From Chrysomallon squamiferum (Eukaryota > Animalia > Mollusca), in assembly GCA_012295275.1 (NCBI GenBank), contig CM022665.1, positions 7,006,001-7,070,000 of the forward strand: a stretch of DNA of 64,000 nucleotides. The letters run 5' to 3'. The notes beneath the pieces were generated by a model. That model searched no databases. It saw only the letters and a program-made list of their open reading frames with translations, and had not been told where the DNA came from. The position numbers were made by a program, and so were the translations under genes. Positions 55,395-64,000 of this stretch are shown here, piece after piece (position 1 is the stretch's first letter; each line of letters opens with the position of its first letter).

Positions 55395-58300
55395 AACAAA
55401 ATGGAGATTCGACTGGTGAATATAGAATTTTTTTTACAACACACCTAGCCATCTTGGTAGGTATCATCATACTCAGTTTGCAAATTATTGTTATTACTGC
55501 ATCCTGACCACAATAAATCACACACAATGACACAAATGACAATACCCAATTAGAACTTGCACTATGACTAACTTTCACTAATGTATCATTCTGAAATATG
55601 GCAGAGGGAATAAAATTCAAACAGAAAATACCAAAGAATGAATAAATATAAATAGTTCAGAAGATTTTTTTTTCAATACTATTTTTTTCACCTATTTAGG
55701 CTATTACATGACAAAGTAAGTAAGCAAACATGTGGGTAATCTCATTTAACTGTGAAACAAAGAAAATCAAAAAGTTACGATGAATTCTGAAAATAAATTC
55801 TCTGAGGTAGCTATTGTATCTCACACATACTTTGTATTACTTACCGCAGTTCTGACCCCATCAGGCACACTGATATGACACTGGATGTATGAGTTGAACA
55901 CCTCAGTAGCATGTGGTTTTAAAGCACCTTCTGGCATCTGTTTCAAATCTGGCACCAACTGCATCCATGTCTCTAACATCTTTTCATATGCTTCCATGTG
56001 AATAGTTTCATCTCTGTTCACCTGCCACAATTAACATTTAAAGTCAGTGTTGAGTATTTTTCATCATCTTTGATGAGATTTCAAAGCAAATTATGTATAA
56101 TTATAACAGATAAATATAAATATATATATATATATATAGCAAACAAATTTAGAATTTATATTTATTCACAAGAACTTCTACCACTCACAAAGGCATCAAA
56201 TAATTAATACAAATTTGTTTTAATCTTTTCAAAAACAATTATTTCAATGTTAAGCTTTTTTAAAAATAAAAATAAAATTATATTTCTACAATTTGACCAT
56301 ATAAGCAAACTGATATACAGATGATTTAACATTATCATACAAACCAGTTCTTCAAGAGCAGCTTGTCTTCCTAATGAACAAGTAAGTTGTGTCATGTAAT
56401 CAATAAATGCTTGAAAATGACCCTGTGGTAGAGACATGAATGATACAATTGGAAACATCATCACCAGATTTTTGAAGCTGCTAGCTACTCCTAAATTCTC
56501 ATAATCCTGAAGATCAATGCTGCAAATAGGAGTACAAGAAGGAAACAATAATAAATTATACAATCAATTTTTAAAAATCATGTTGTTGATTCATTTTTAT
56601 TAATACTAAATAAATCATTAATTTTTAGTTTGATAAAGTAATTCCTTGTAACCAAAATATAAGGTATATTAAAAAATAGCCTAATTTTTCTATATACAGA
56701 TATAAACAAATCTACCATTAATGCATACAAAAATAAGGACAGAAACATTTTTTTTTTTTTTTTTTTTTTAAATCTTTTTTGTATCCAGATTAAAATGAAC
56801 TGCACATAACTGCATATAAAATGAGTCATTATCATTATGTTATTAAATGTTCACTTCAATTATTACTTATAAATTCACAAAGAAGCAGAGTGAACAAATT
56901 GAAACACAACAAAACACACCTCTGTAGAAGCTGAAGGAAGCCATTAGTGTACAGAGTAAGGTATTCTGTTTTTGCTTTATCATCAACAAAAACAGGTCCA
57001 TTCAAAGATGCAAGCTGAGAGAGACACTGCATGGAATGGTGGGCCATTTCTGAATTATGGCGTGCTTTCTTGTGTATCTGAAATTAAAAAATTATCATGT
57101 GACTACAAATTTTGTAAATAGGATTGAATTTGTTGTCATCTGTAAAAATATTAATGTTTTGAAAAAAAAACAAGCACAAAGAAGATAATCTTATAAGAAA
57201 AATAATTTAGGAAACTGTTATTTTCTCAGATTATAATATTGATTGAAAATAGTTTCAAAAATGTTTAAAACTTAACATAGCCTTAAATAATTATTCTTTA
57301 CTGATAATACTAGGTTATCTTTGTATATTTGAAATTTACTGCAAAACGTTAGATAAAAACAAACTGTTTGTCCATCCTGGTTAAGAACTCTAACTACACT
57401 GAATATTTTATAAGATACATTCAGTCTTATACATACCTTGAAAAACATATTCAACATTTCAGCATCTAAAAGTGTACTTCTCCAGTTTTCATTTGGCCTC
57501 AGTGTAATGTTATGATTACTTTCGAAAGATCCAATGTGTTTGCGAACCACTGACACCTGTTAAGGATGTTCTGTTCTAAAGGATATATAAAATTTCAATA
57601 TCAACAGATACAGATATGTCACTGGTAGAGATGGACACCAGACTTACATCTGCAAATTTAGCTCTTTTCCAACAAAAGACATCTGAATGACTATTCTGAT
57701 CAAACAGGATTCATTTCTGAATTTTCTGATATTTTTAGAAAATATGTTTATGAAAGAATACAAAGAGAAAAAATTACTGATCATAAGAGCCATCTTGAAA
57801 TCAAAAATGAGAAAAGCAAATAAATATTTAAACTGGTTTTTTAATGATAAAAATAAAGGTAGTTAAAAAAAGGTGAGATAAGAATGTTGACAAAAACTAT
57901 AGATGTGAAATTCTGTGACTGAAAAGATACATGTTTTCGGAGTAAATTCCCAGCACAGGACTTGTTCTGCTATGGAAAGGACTCGGTTTAGAACCGCGAT
58001 GGCTTCACGAGTCAGTGGATCTGGAGCTCGATCTATCTCATGTAGAACTTGAAGACAGAACATAAACACTTTCTTCAAATCATGTTCCTAGAAGTATTAA
58101 AAACAGAAACATATGCATAAATAAACTTTACATAATATTAGAATTTGTTTTTAATTTGTGTTTGTTAATTTAATGTGAAGCTGTCATAATAAAGACACGA
58201 ACATAAAACGATTAACTTTTATTTTCTGACTTACTGAAGAAGTTAACTGTACTTTATAACTGAAACAATTTTGCTATGAAAAATAATTTAAGCTGTGGTG

Positions 58301-61300
58301 ATCAGAAATAACTTGATATATTCCAGTTAATATATGAACATAAAACAAAGGTAAATACTTAAGATTGATATAAACTGCCATATCATAACAATATTTTTTT
58401 CTTTCATCTTACCTTTACATTAATGTAAAGACTTTTAATCAATTCAGCAATAATTTAAAATAACTTTGCACATAAATATTACAAATCTACCTCAAAGGCA
58501 CGTTTGCAGCGTATGTGGAATTCCCAAGTAAAACCAACACTGCTTGTTCTGCTTGAACTGGAATATTCATTCAGCAAAGCAGTTAACATAGAACATGCCA
58601 CAAGTTGCTGTAGAAAAGAAAAACATGTAACAATTACAATTTAATTTTAATTTACAAAATGTGAGCACAAAATGGGGTTATTTTTAATTCGTTTTATGTG
58701 ATTAAATGAATTTTCTTTGTAATAATGTTGATAAGTGATGTTAAATAATAACAACATTATATCGTCCAATTTTTTTGGTTTTTAAATATGATTTAGTAAA
58801 TAAGATGAGGTTCATTCAAATAAAGTCGATATTTAGCTTTTTAACAGTGTTACAGATCCTTGTATTTTTTTATCAGTGTACTAACCATGGTGACATTGCC
58901 ACTACCAATTAACCGAGTGACATCCTCAAACAAACTGTCACATGTTGTTCCTTTTGTGTCTAGTGTGCTTCGCTTGAGGATTACTGCTACTGTCTGTAAT
59001 ACTTGTTCTCTCACATAACTCTGCAAGCTAAACCAGTTAGTAACATGTAAGTTTACATCTTCAAGTCAAAAACAACAACTAGCTGACACATTTTAATATC
59101 CTATTTATGAAAATTATACTTATAAATTCAGTCAGTTTTCATTAGAGAATAAAACATCAGTTACTCTATAAACTACAGAATTATTATCTTTGACCTATCC
59201 TATTAAATATTATGGAAACAAATTGTTCAGTTTCATTTCAGTTATGTTTAGTAAAAACAGCTAAACATAATAACAAATAATAAATTTATTAAATCCACAT
59301 GAAATAATTTCACTGACATTTTATCATTAACATGTAAACTAGATTGGTTGATTTCAATTTAACTACCAAAGGAAATTTTTGAAGTTACAAGTTGCCAATG
59401 ATGTGTTTACTTATAACAATCCAGGAAATTATATACATATGTATTTAGACACAGTAACAATTAAAATGTTGATAAAACTGATGAACCATGAATAAAAAAT
59501 GTGTGTAAACTAATGACACCTCTTACTTTTATGCATGATGGCATTTACCTTATGTTCTTAGTGATATAGCGAAGAAGAAATGACCTCAGTGACTCCACAT
59601 CTTCAGCTGACAACAATGTCCATTCACGTACAACAGCCTCCTTGATAGTAGTTGCCCCTTGAAACAGCACATAGTCATTTTTGCTGTTTTCTGAAAATTA
59701 ACAAATAATCATCCATTGCTAAAAAGTATTTATGTGATTTTGTGTAATGTAATTGAGAAAACATTATAATTTCATCTGTTCACTCTATGAACATTGTGTA
59801 ATGTGAGTTCATGGCAAATAATAATATATTAACAGTTTTAAAGTAATTCAGAAATCACTATTTCATATAGCCCATTTTAATCAGTGTAAAACTGTTTTAT
59901 CTAACAATATTTACTTTTTACTAATAATTTATTTTCTAAATAGCCAGTTGTTTGCTTCTATACATTTGTTCCTCCAAATACCCACTTTATACCTCTGCCA
60001 TAGTAGTTGCTTAGAATGCCATTGCCAGACATAAATATATTTCATTTTGACAAAGTTACCATGTTGTTTTGAAATGCAGATCGTAACATACTGTAATGAT
60101 GTTATGTTATTATGTATATGATACATAAACACACACATTCAACCACATACAAGAACCTTTGTAGTTAAGTGATAAATTTCACTGATTGATGTTTGTTTTG
60201 ATTATAGATATGCTATTTGTTATTTAAATGCCAGGTATGTTTATACACATCTGTTGAACTATGAACATTCTCACCAAATGTTAATGATTTTGTATGGAAT
60301 TAAAGAGCCTGTAATGAAAGATCATTTCTTTAAGAAACCATGCAAATAATCTGTCATTTTTAACTTTTTTGGATAATGATAGTGATAATTGTCATATTTT
60401 GGCAGAAATAATATTTATAAGTATACTTGTTTTAATTACTATTTTAGTTGTATAGTTCTTTCTTTGTTCAGAATGTTTGCAATTCAAAACAGTTTTGTTA
60501 TGTATGTGATTTTAAATATTTGCACTGTAACACCAGTGTTATTAACACTTCAAAAGGGATTGATTGTATTATGCAAAGTTTAGAAATCCAAAAATACATG
60601 AACTTGGCATTTATTATAAATTATGGATTTCAGTTTATGTATTTGGTAATGTTTGTACGTGTATGTATTGTCTTTTCACCGTTTTATATATCAATAAACA
60701 AATTTTCACATACATGTACATTTGTGTGTGTGTGTGTGCATACATGTATGTCAAATTCATTTAAGCAGTGGCTGTTTTGTTTATTTTATTATTTACTTAA
60801 GTTTACTAAATACACAAAAGTGTGCTTCTTGCCATATGAAATGTACATTTCTTGTATCAGAACCATAGTATATATTTTAAATTTGAATATTGGAACACCA
60901 TAAAATTCGAGCAATTTTTGCTGACTCCTAACTTATAAAAGTTTGACTGTGCACGTGTGTGTGTGTGTATGATGGAAGAAATTTCAGTATTATTTGCTGT
61001 GATGCACTTCAGGTTGAATAGTTTAAACGGTAACTGGTCAAAACCCCCAAAATTATTCAAATAACTAATACCAAAAATATAAATTTTTATTCATGCCTGC
61101 ATATGATAGAATTTACTTGCATAGAATTTCATATAACTGCATAGGACATAGTTCATTAGTTCACATTTAGATCTGATGCTTCTGAAAATATCCTCCATTG
61201 ACTTAACACCATCTCAGTGGTGAGTTTGAGATCCATTCATTAGTGTGATGTCATGATGTCCAACAAATGTGGGAGGTGATCAGCAAATTCTGATGGGTGG

Positions 61301-62055
61301 AACAGTGCCTGGTAGCTGGATATGGTAAAACTGACCAGAGATATATGTGTTATTGAAGTAGTCAATCAGTCACTTTAGTGGTTCGAGTACGTCACCTTCT
61401 GGCAAAAATACCAAACCATCCAACATCTTATGTCATTGTTCTCCAGATACAGATGTACAAGTCCCGCACTGAATCTTCCTTCGCATGTTCTGCATCAGGT
61501 GATGGAAGCCACGGTCTTTTGGTGTGTGGGTTAAAGATGAACTATCACCATTGATGATGGATTGTAGCAGTTCTTCACACATGGATTGGCTCTTGTTGGA
61601 TACCAGTGCACAGACACAGCTAAGCAACGAATCTCTGAGCAGCGCATGAATGACATACAGCTGAGATAAATGTTTCATCCATGTACCAGACATCTGAATG
61701 AACCAGATATTAGTAATTGTGGACTTCTGGGAAGATGCTTGGTGTGCACCCAACATAGAGCATGTTTGACAACTTCAGGGTTGCCTAGAACAGCATCAAT
61801 CTCAGTTGTACCCATGAGTCCACAATTACTAATTACTATCAGGCTCTGTAATTATATAATTTAAAGATTTGCTGAAGGTTTCTCAATTACATTAATCCCT
61901 TCAGTAGTCTAATATACTATATTTCTCCATTTGACTTAATTTACTTACCCATAATATATTTACATGTTGAATAAGGCAATTTAGATTTTCTGAATACCAA
62001 TATGACATTCTCTGCAGCAAGCCTTTGTTCATGAGTTACAAGATTGGGAGGTGCC

Positions 62056-62089
<34 letters not shown>

Positions 62090-63959
62090 ATAATAACTTA
62101 AAAATGTATGATAAAATAATTATTATTTCATTACCTAAAATTTTTAAAATGTTCAGAAAAATGCTTGATTTATAAAACATTTTCTAAACAAATTTTAAAA
62201 CTTCTTGGGTTTTTAATATGTTTAAATTTGAAACTCTTTAAAATTATTTTTCATCGTCTGCCTATACACAAGCTGATGAATTGATGAATACATTAATCCC
62301 TAACCTCTGAAAGAAAAATTTAATTTATGTGGCTAATGGCTAATGGCTAATTAATAATATACATTATTGATGTAACGTAATTGAAGATGATATTCCAGAT
62401 GCCAGACTGGATACTCTAATCAAATCTGACAAAATGGAAACACTGTTTGTAGGTATATGACAAAACACGCAAGTGTGGTGCTACTGCAGAAGATTGCCTG
62501 ATTGTTGTAACTCATTTTTGCTTATCCTGAAGAGGGTTCCTCAAGTTTCTGTTTAATCACTAATTTTACATAATTTAAAAATAAAATATATCATGACATA
62601 GTATACATATTCTGCTTTATCACAGTTTTCGTTTTTTAACATGTCATCTTTGATAAACAACAGACAAATTTACTGTTTCAAAAATGATTGTTGTGTGTCC
62701 ACGGTAAGCTTACTTGAGTCTTTAAATCATATACAAGTTACAATTTATGCATTTCTTTCAGTCTGTCAAATTCCATACAAATATTTAGGGTAGCAGATAG
62801 TTATTTTTGGATACCAAAATGAGGGGTGTTCTCAGCAAATGACACGGCCACAGCTGATGTCATACAAGTTTGATATTTCATTTGTTTTACTGAGTGACCA
62901 AGTATTTATGTGGCATAATGCAAGGAATATATGGTATGATACTTCTAAACCTGTCAAAAACTCTATTTCCAGATATAATTCATGCACATTGGTTTGATTT
63001 TTATGAAATATTAGATCTGAAGGCATAAGGCTAACTAATGCTATTAATTAACTGGTAAAAAATAAATGTTAGTAGAATGCTTGAATATTAAAAAACCACT
63101 ACAATTCACCAGTCTTGAAAAATGATCATTTTGTATATTGGTTTAAATCCTACGTGTTTTTGAGAATTACATGATAATTAAGGCGTTAGTTACATTTGAG
63201 GTAATTAGTGTGATTAATTAATTCAAATTCACGAGTATTAGCAACTTGCTTTAAAATACTGTACACCTTTAGAACTCATCAAATGCTTCATTTTGATATA
63301 TGATACATGTATTATCGATTAAAACTGTATGAGATGTACAAAATGACAGAAACTAAAAAAACAGTTTCTCCACCGATTATGAAGGAAAACTACCCTCAAA
63401 CAAAAATCCGTTACTTTTTTCATATCGATGCCATCAAAGAAATATTGTCATTTTAATATGCTTTTTTTTGTTTTTTTTTTTTGTTCTTTCTAATGATGTA
63501 CAATGTTTTAGGAAAATAATGCTTTTGATAAAATTTAAACATACCTACTGTTTGAATGTTTCACTTTAAAACAGAACGGAAAATTATCCATAAACTATAG
63601 CATAAAAATCTATTCATTTACTTGGTCATATAAACCAAATCAAAGTTCAATATATGAAATATTTATTGTCATTACATTTCAATTTTAAAATCCATTTCAT
63701 TGTTTATTAAATACAGTAAGTTACGTAAGATAACCGACAAAAGGTATCGTTTGAAATTGGATATAAAAACACTAATAATTAGTCTTCAACAGATAATCAG
63801 TACAAATAAAAATTAATCAGAATTCAGTATGTTAAATCATTAATAGTAGAAAAAACGGTTTGTATTTACTATAATAAGATAAGTCGTACACGAAGCTTTT
63901 ATACATACCAAAATTACTTGTGACGCTTGTTCAAGTTCGATCATCGCATGATGCGCCAT
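48146..63959 (-). CDS. XPO4: Exportin-4, complete, 25 coding exons, 3432 nt / 1143 aa
   Basis: Colinear with vertebrate XPO4 along its whole length (APPNLV...FRKSK; MQCLSQLASLNGPVF; FNSYIQCHISVPDG; GETPLIPSEIMEYSI; AFGRDTEGAQW; ELLTNLLSKDFIDF; FPSLCSQYFKL; C-terminal LCVK*). All 24 junction phases checked by hand and consistent. Confidence 0.97.
48657..48749 (-). CDS. XPO4: XPO4 exon 24
   Basis: LVFHMLLLENFDMDLLETASSTFFCLICCHQ; tag/gttcgt. Confidence 0.93.
48876..48993 (-). CDS. XPO4: XPO4 exon 23
   Basis: FGPDITKMCLEIIASLA...SHFLK; cag/gtaagt. Confidence 0.92.
48994..49638 (-). other. U12-type (minor spliceosome) GT-AG intron, XPO4 intron 22
   Basis: Donor GTATCCTT (49638-49631); branch site TTCCTTGAC (49011-49003) just upstream of the AG (48995-48994); no polypyrimidine tract between them. 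Confidence 0.95.
49639..49769 (-). CDS. XPO4: XPO4 exon 22
   Basis: FPSLCSQYFKLVSF...GSVELGLT; followed by U12 donor GTATCCTT. Confidence 0.93.
50299..50399 (-). CDS. XPO4: XPO4 exon 21
   Basis: EDSTPQTGNEMSAADVVLYGLDIIVPLMNEELLK; cag/gtaaat. Confidence 0.92.
50796..50912 (-). CDS. XPO4: XPO4 exon 20
   Basis: GKRTAAFSEEEENKYNDILIVMELLTNLLSKDFIDFGDP; cag/gtattc. Confidence 0.93.
51108..51174 (-). CDS. XPO4: XPO4 exon 19
   Basis: AKSQKLYDLCLSVIQMYSKHNS; cag/gtaata. Confidence 0.92.
51535..51623 (-). CDS. XPO4: XPO4 exon 18
   Basis: DVYHNYEDVVPLILELFSEVVNRHLCYLGQ; cag/gtagga. Confidence 0.93.
51891..52095 (-). CDS. XPO4: XPO4 exon 17
   Basis: VLQSIHERF...LETLLGIAEGSRVDN...IKLL; cag/gtacaa. 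Confidence 0.93.
52584..52758 (-). CDS. XPO4: XPO4 exon 16
   Basis: ASFVVKSELLWNLA...REEYWEI; tag/gttagt. Confidence 0.92.
53097..53266 (-). CDS. XPO4: XPO4 exon 15
   Basis: ISMPLSAAFGRDTEGAQW...LVEHKT; cag/gtttgt. Confidence 0.93.
53666..53825 (-). CDS. XPO4: XPO4 exon 14
   Basis: LVSAVFRLCEVETRAI...LSPQVGRSTMWFLSRWARVYLLPDENFYSQ; tag/gtatta. Confidence 0.93.
54237..54417 (-). CDS. XPO4: XPO4 exon 13
   Basis: HILTKESEGETPLIPSEIMEYSI...TDSIV; cag/gtacag. Confidence 0.93.
54681..54829 (-). CDS. XPO4: XPO4 exon 12
   Basis: VLEDRVGRLHGQLQR...HEDIHWLVLVT; cag/gtttaa. Confidence 0.93.
55136..55275 (-). CDS. XPO4: XPO4 exon 11
   Basis: ASCSGNEDTEEIDEIEEDDRDRFQDQL...EHSIPLLA; cag/gtaaga. Confidence 0.92.
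55845..56021 (-). CDS. XPO4: XPO4 exon 10
   Basis: VNRDETIHMEAYEKMLETW...FNSYIQCHISVPDGVRTA; cag/gtaagt. Confidence 0.93.
56345..56519 (-). CDS. XPO4: XPO4 exon 9
   Basis: SIDLQDYENLGVAS...LTCSLGRQAALEEL; cag/gtttgt. Confidence 0.93.
56920..57077 (-). CDS. XPO4: XPO4 exon 8
   Basis: IHKKARHNSEMAHHSMQCLSQLASLNGPVF...; cag/gtgtgt. Confidence 0.93.
57437..57549 (-). CDS. XPO4: XPO4 exon 7
   Basis: LVRKHIGSFESNHNITLRPNENWRSTLLD...MFFK; cag/gtatgt. Confidence 0.9.
57550..57930 (-). other. U12-type GT-AG intron, XPO4 intron 6
   Basis: Donor GTATCTTTT (variant of GTATCCTTT); branch site TCCTTAAC (57566-57559) ending 7 nt before the AG (57551-57550); this junction restores the frame and homology. 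Confidence 0.88.
57931..58087 (-). CDS. XPO4: XPO4 exon 6
   Basis: EHDLKKVFMFCLQVL...EQVLCWEFTPKT; followed by U12-type donor GTATCTTT. Confidence 0.9.
58491..58607 (-). CDS. XPO4: XPO4 exon 5
   Basis: QLVACSMLTALLNEYSSSS...EFHIRCKRAFE; cag/gtagat. Confidence 0.93.
58886..59027 (-). CDS. XPO4: XPO4 exon 4
   Basis: LQSYVREQVLQTVAVILKR...SGNVTM; tag/gttagt. Confidence 0.93.
59549..59690 (-). CDS. XPO4: XPO4 exon 3
   Basis: ENSKNDYVLFQGATTIKEAVVREW...; cag/gtaaat. Confidence 0.93.
61200..61830 (-). mobile_element. Decayed Mutator-like (MULE) transposase fragment in XPO4 intron 2
   Basis: Minus-strand translation gives QLYVIHALL..SCVCALVSNKSQSMCEELL, GFHHLMQNMRRKIQ and MLDGLVFLP...LIDYFNNTYISGQF...VPPIR...HDITLMNGSQT. 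These are recalled as typical blocks of animal MULE transposases, here broken by stops, deletions and frameshifts. Confidence 0.78.
61949..62054 (-). CDS. XPO4: XPO4 exon 2
   Basis: APPNLVTHEQRLAAENVILVFRKSKLPYSTCKYIM; tag/gtaagt. Confidence 0.93.
63909..63959 (-). CDS. XPO4: XPO4 exon 1
   Basis: MAHHAMIELEQASQVIL|gtatgt; matches the XPO4 'QLENAAKVLM' region. Confidence 0.85.
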
Positions 63960-64000
63960 ATTCTTTTCTTCTTTGAGTCATTCCCTTCTCTATTTTAAGC

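Noticed and set aside
57557-57558. Alternative AG immediately after the U12 branch site of XPO4 intron 6
   Set aside because: Too close to the branch point and would shift the frame by 7 nt.
60389-60903. 151-aa and overlapping ORFs antisense in XPO4 intron 2
   Set aside because: Low-complexity AT/(TG)n-derived composition with no domain.
1-64000. tRNA, rRNA, known conserved miRNAs, CRISPR arrays or prokaryotic systems
   Set aside because: None recognised by eye and the window is clearly eukaryotic. A covariance-model search (Rfam, tRNAscan-SE) would be needed to exclude small RNAs formally.

Overview
AT-rich, microsatellite-rich animal genomic DNA. It is probably a lophotrochozoan such as a mollusc, which is an inference from protein similarity and repeat content. 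Three spliced genes were rebuilt by hand with consistent intron phases. (1) The 3' part of an aryl hydrocarbon receptor / spineless orthologue (AHR, + strand, 8 exons at 1058-7708); its bHLH exons lie upstream of the window. (2) A complete IST1 (ESCRT-III, + strand, 3 coding exons, 41089-43722, 352 aa). (3) A complete exportin-4 (XPO4, - strand, 25 coding exons, 48146-63959, 1143 aa) with two U12-type minor-spliceosome introns. Between AHR and IST1 is a ~32 kb stretch with no recognisable gene. It alternates simple repeats with short CpG-retaining islands that carry AHR:ARNT sites (TNGCGTG) and Pbx/Meis/Hox sites, so it is a candidate, possibly autoregulatory, AHR enhancer landscape. Also seen: a decayed Mutator-like transposase in XPO4 intron 2, a TTAA-flanked TIR element, a perfect 26-bp hairpin, and sharp CpG boundaries consistent with mosaic gene-body methylation. 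No new biological system can be demonstrated from sequence alone; the regulatory observations are hypotheses. Most short ORFs in the supplied track are microsatellite or antisense artefacts.
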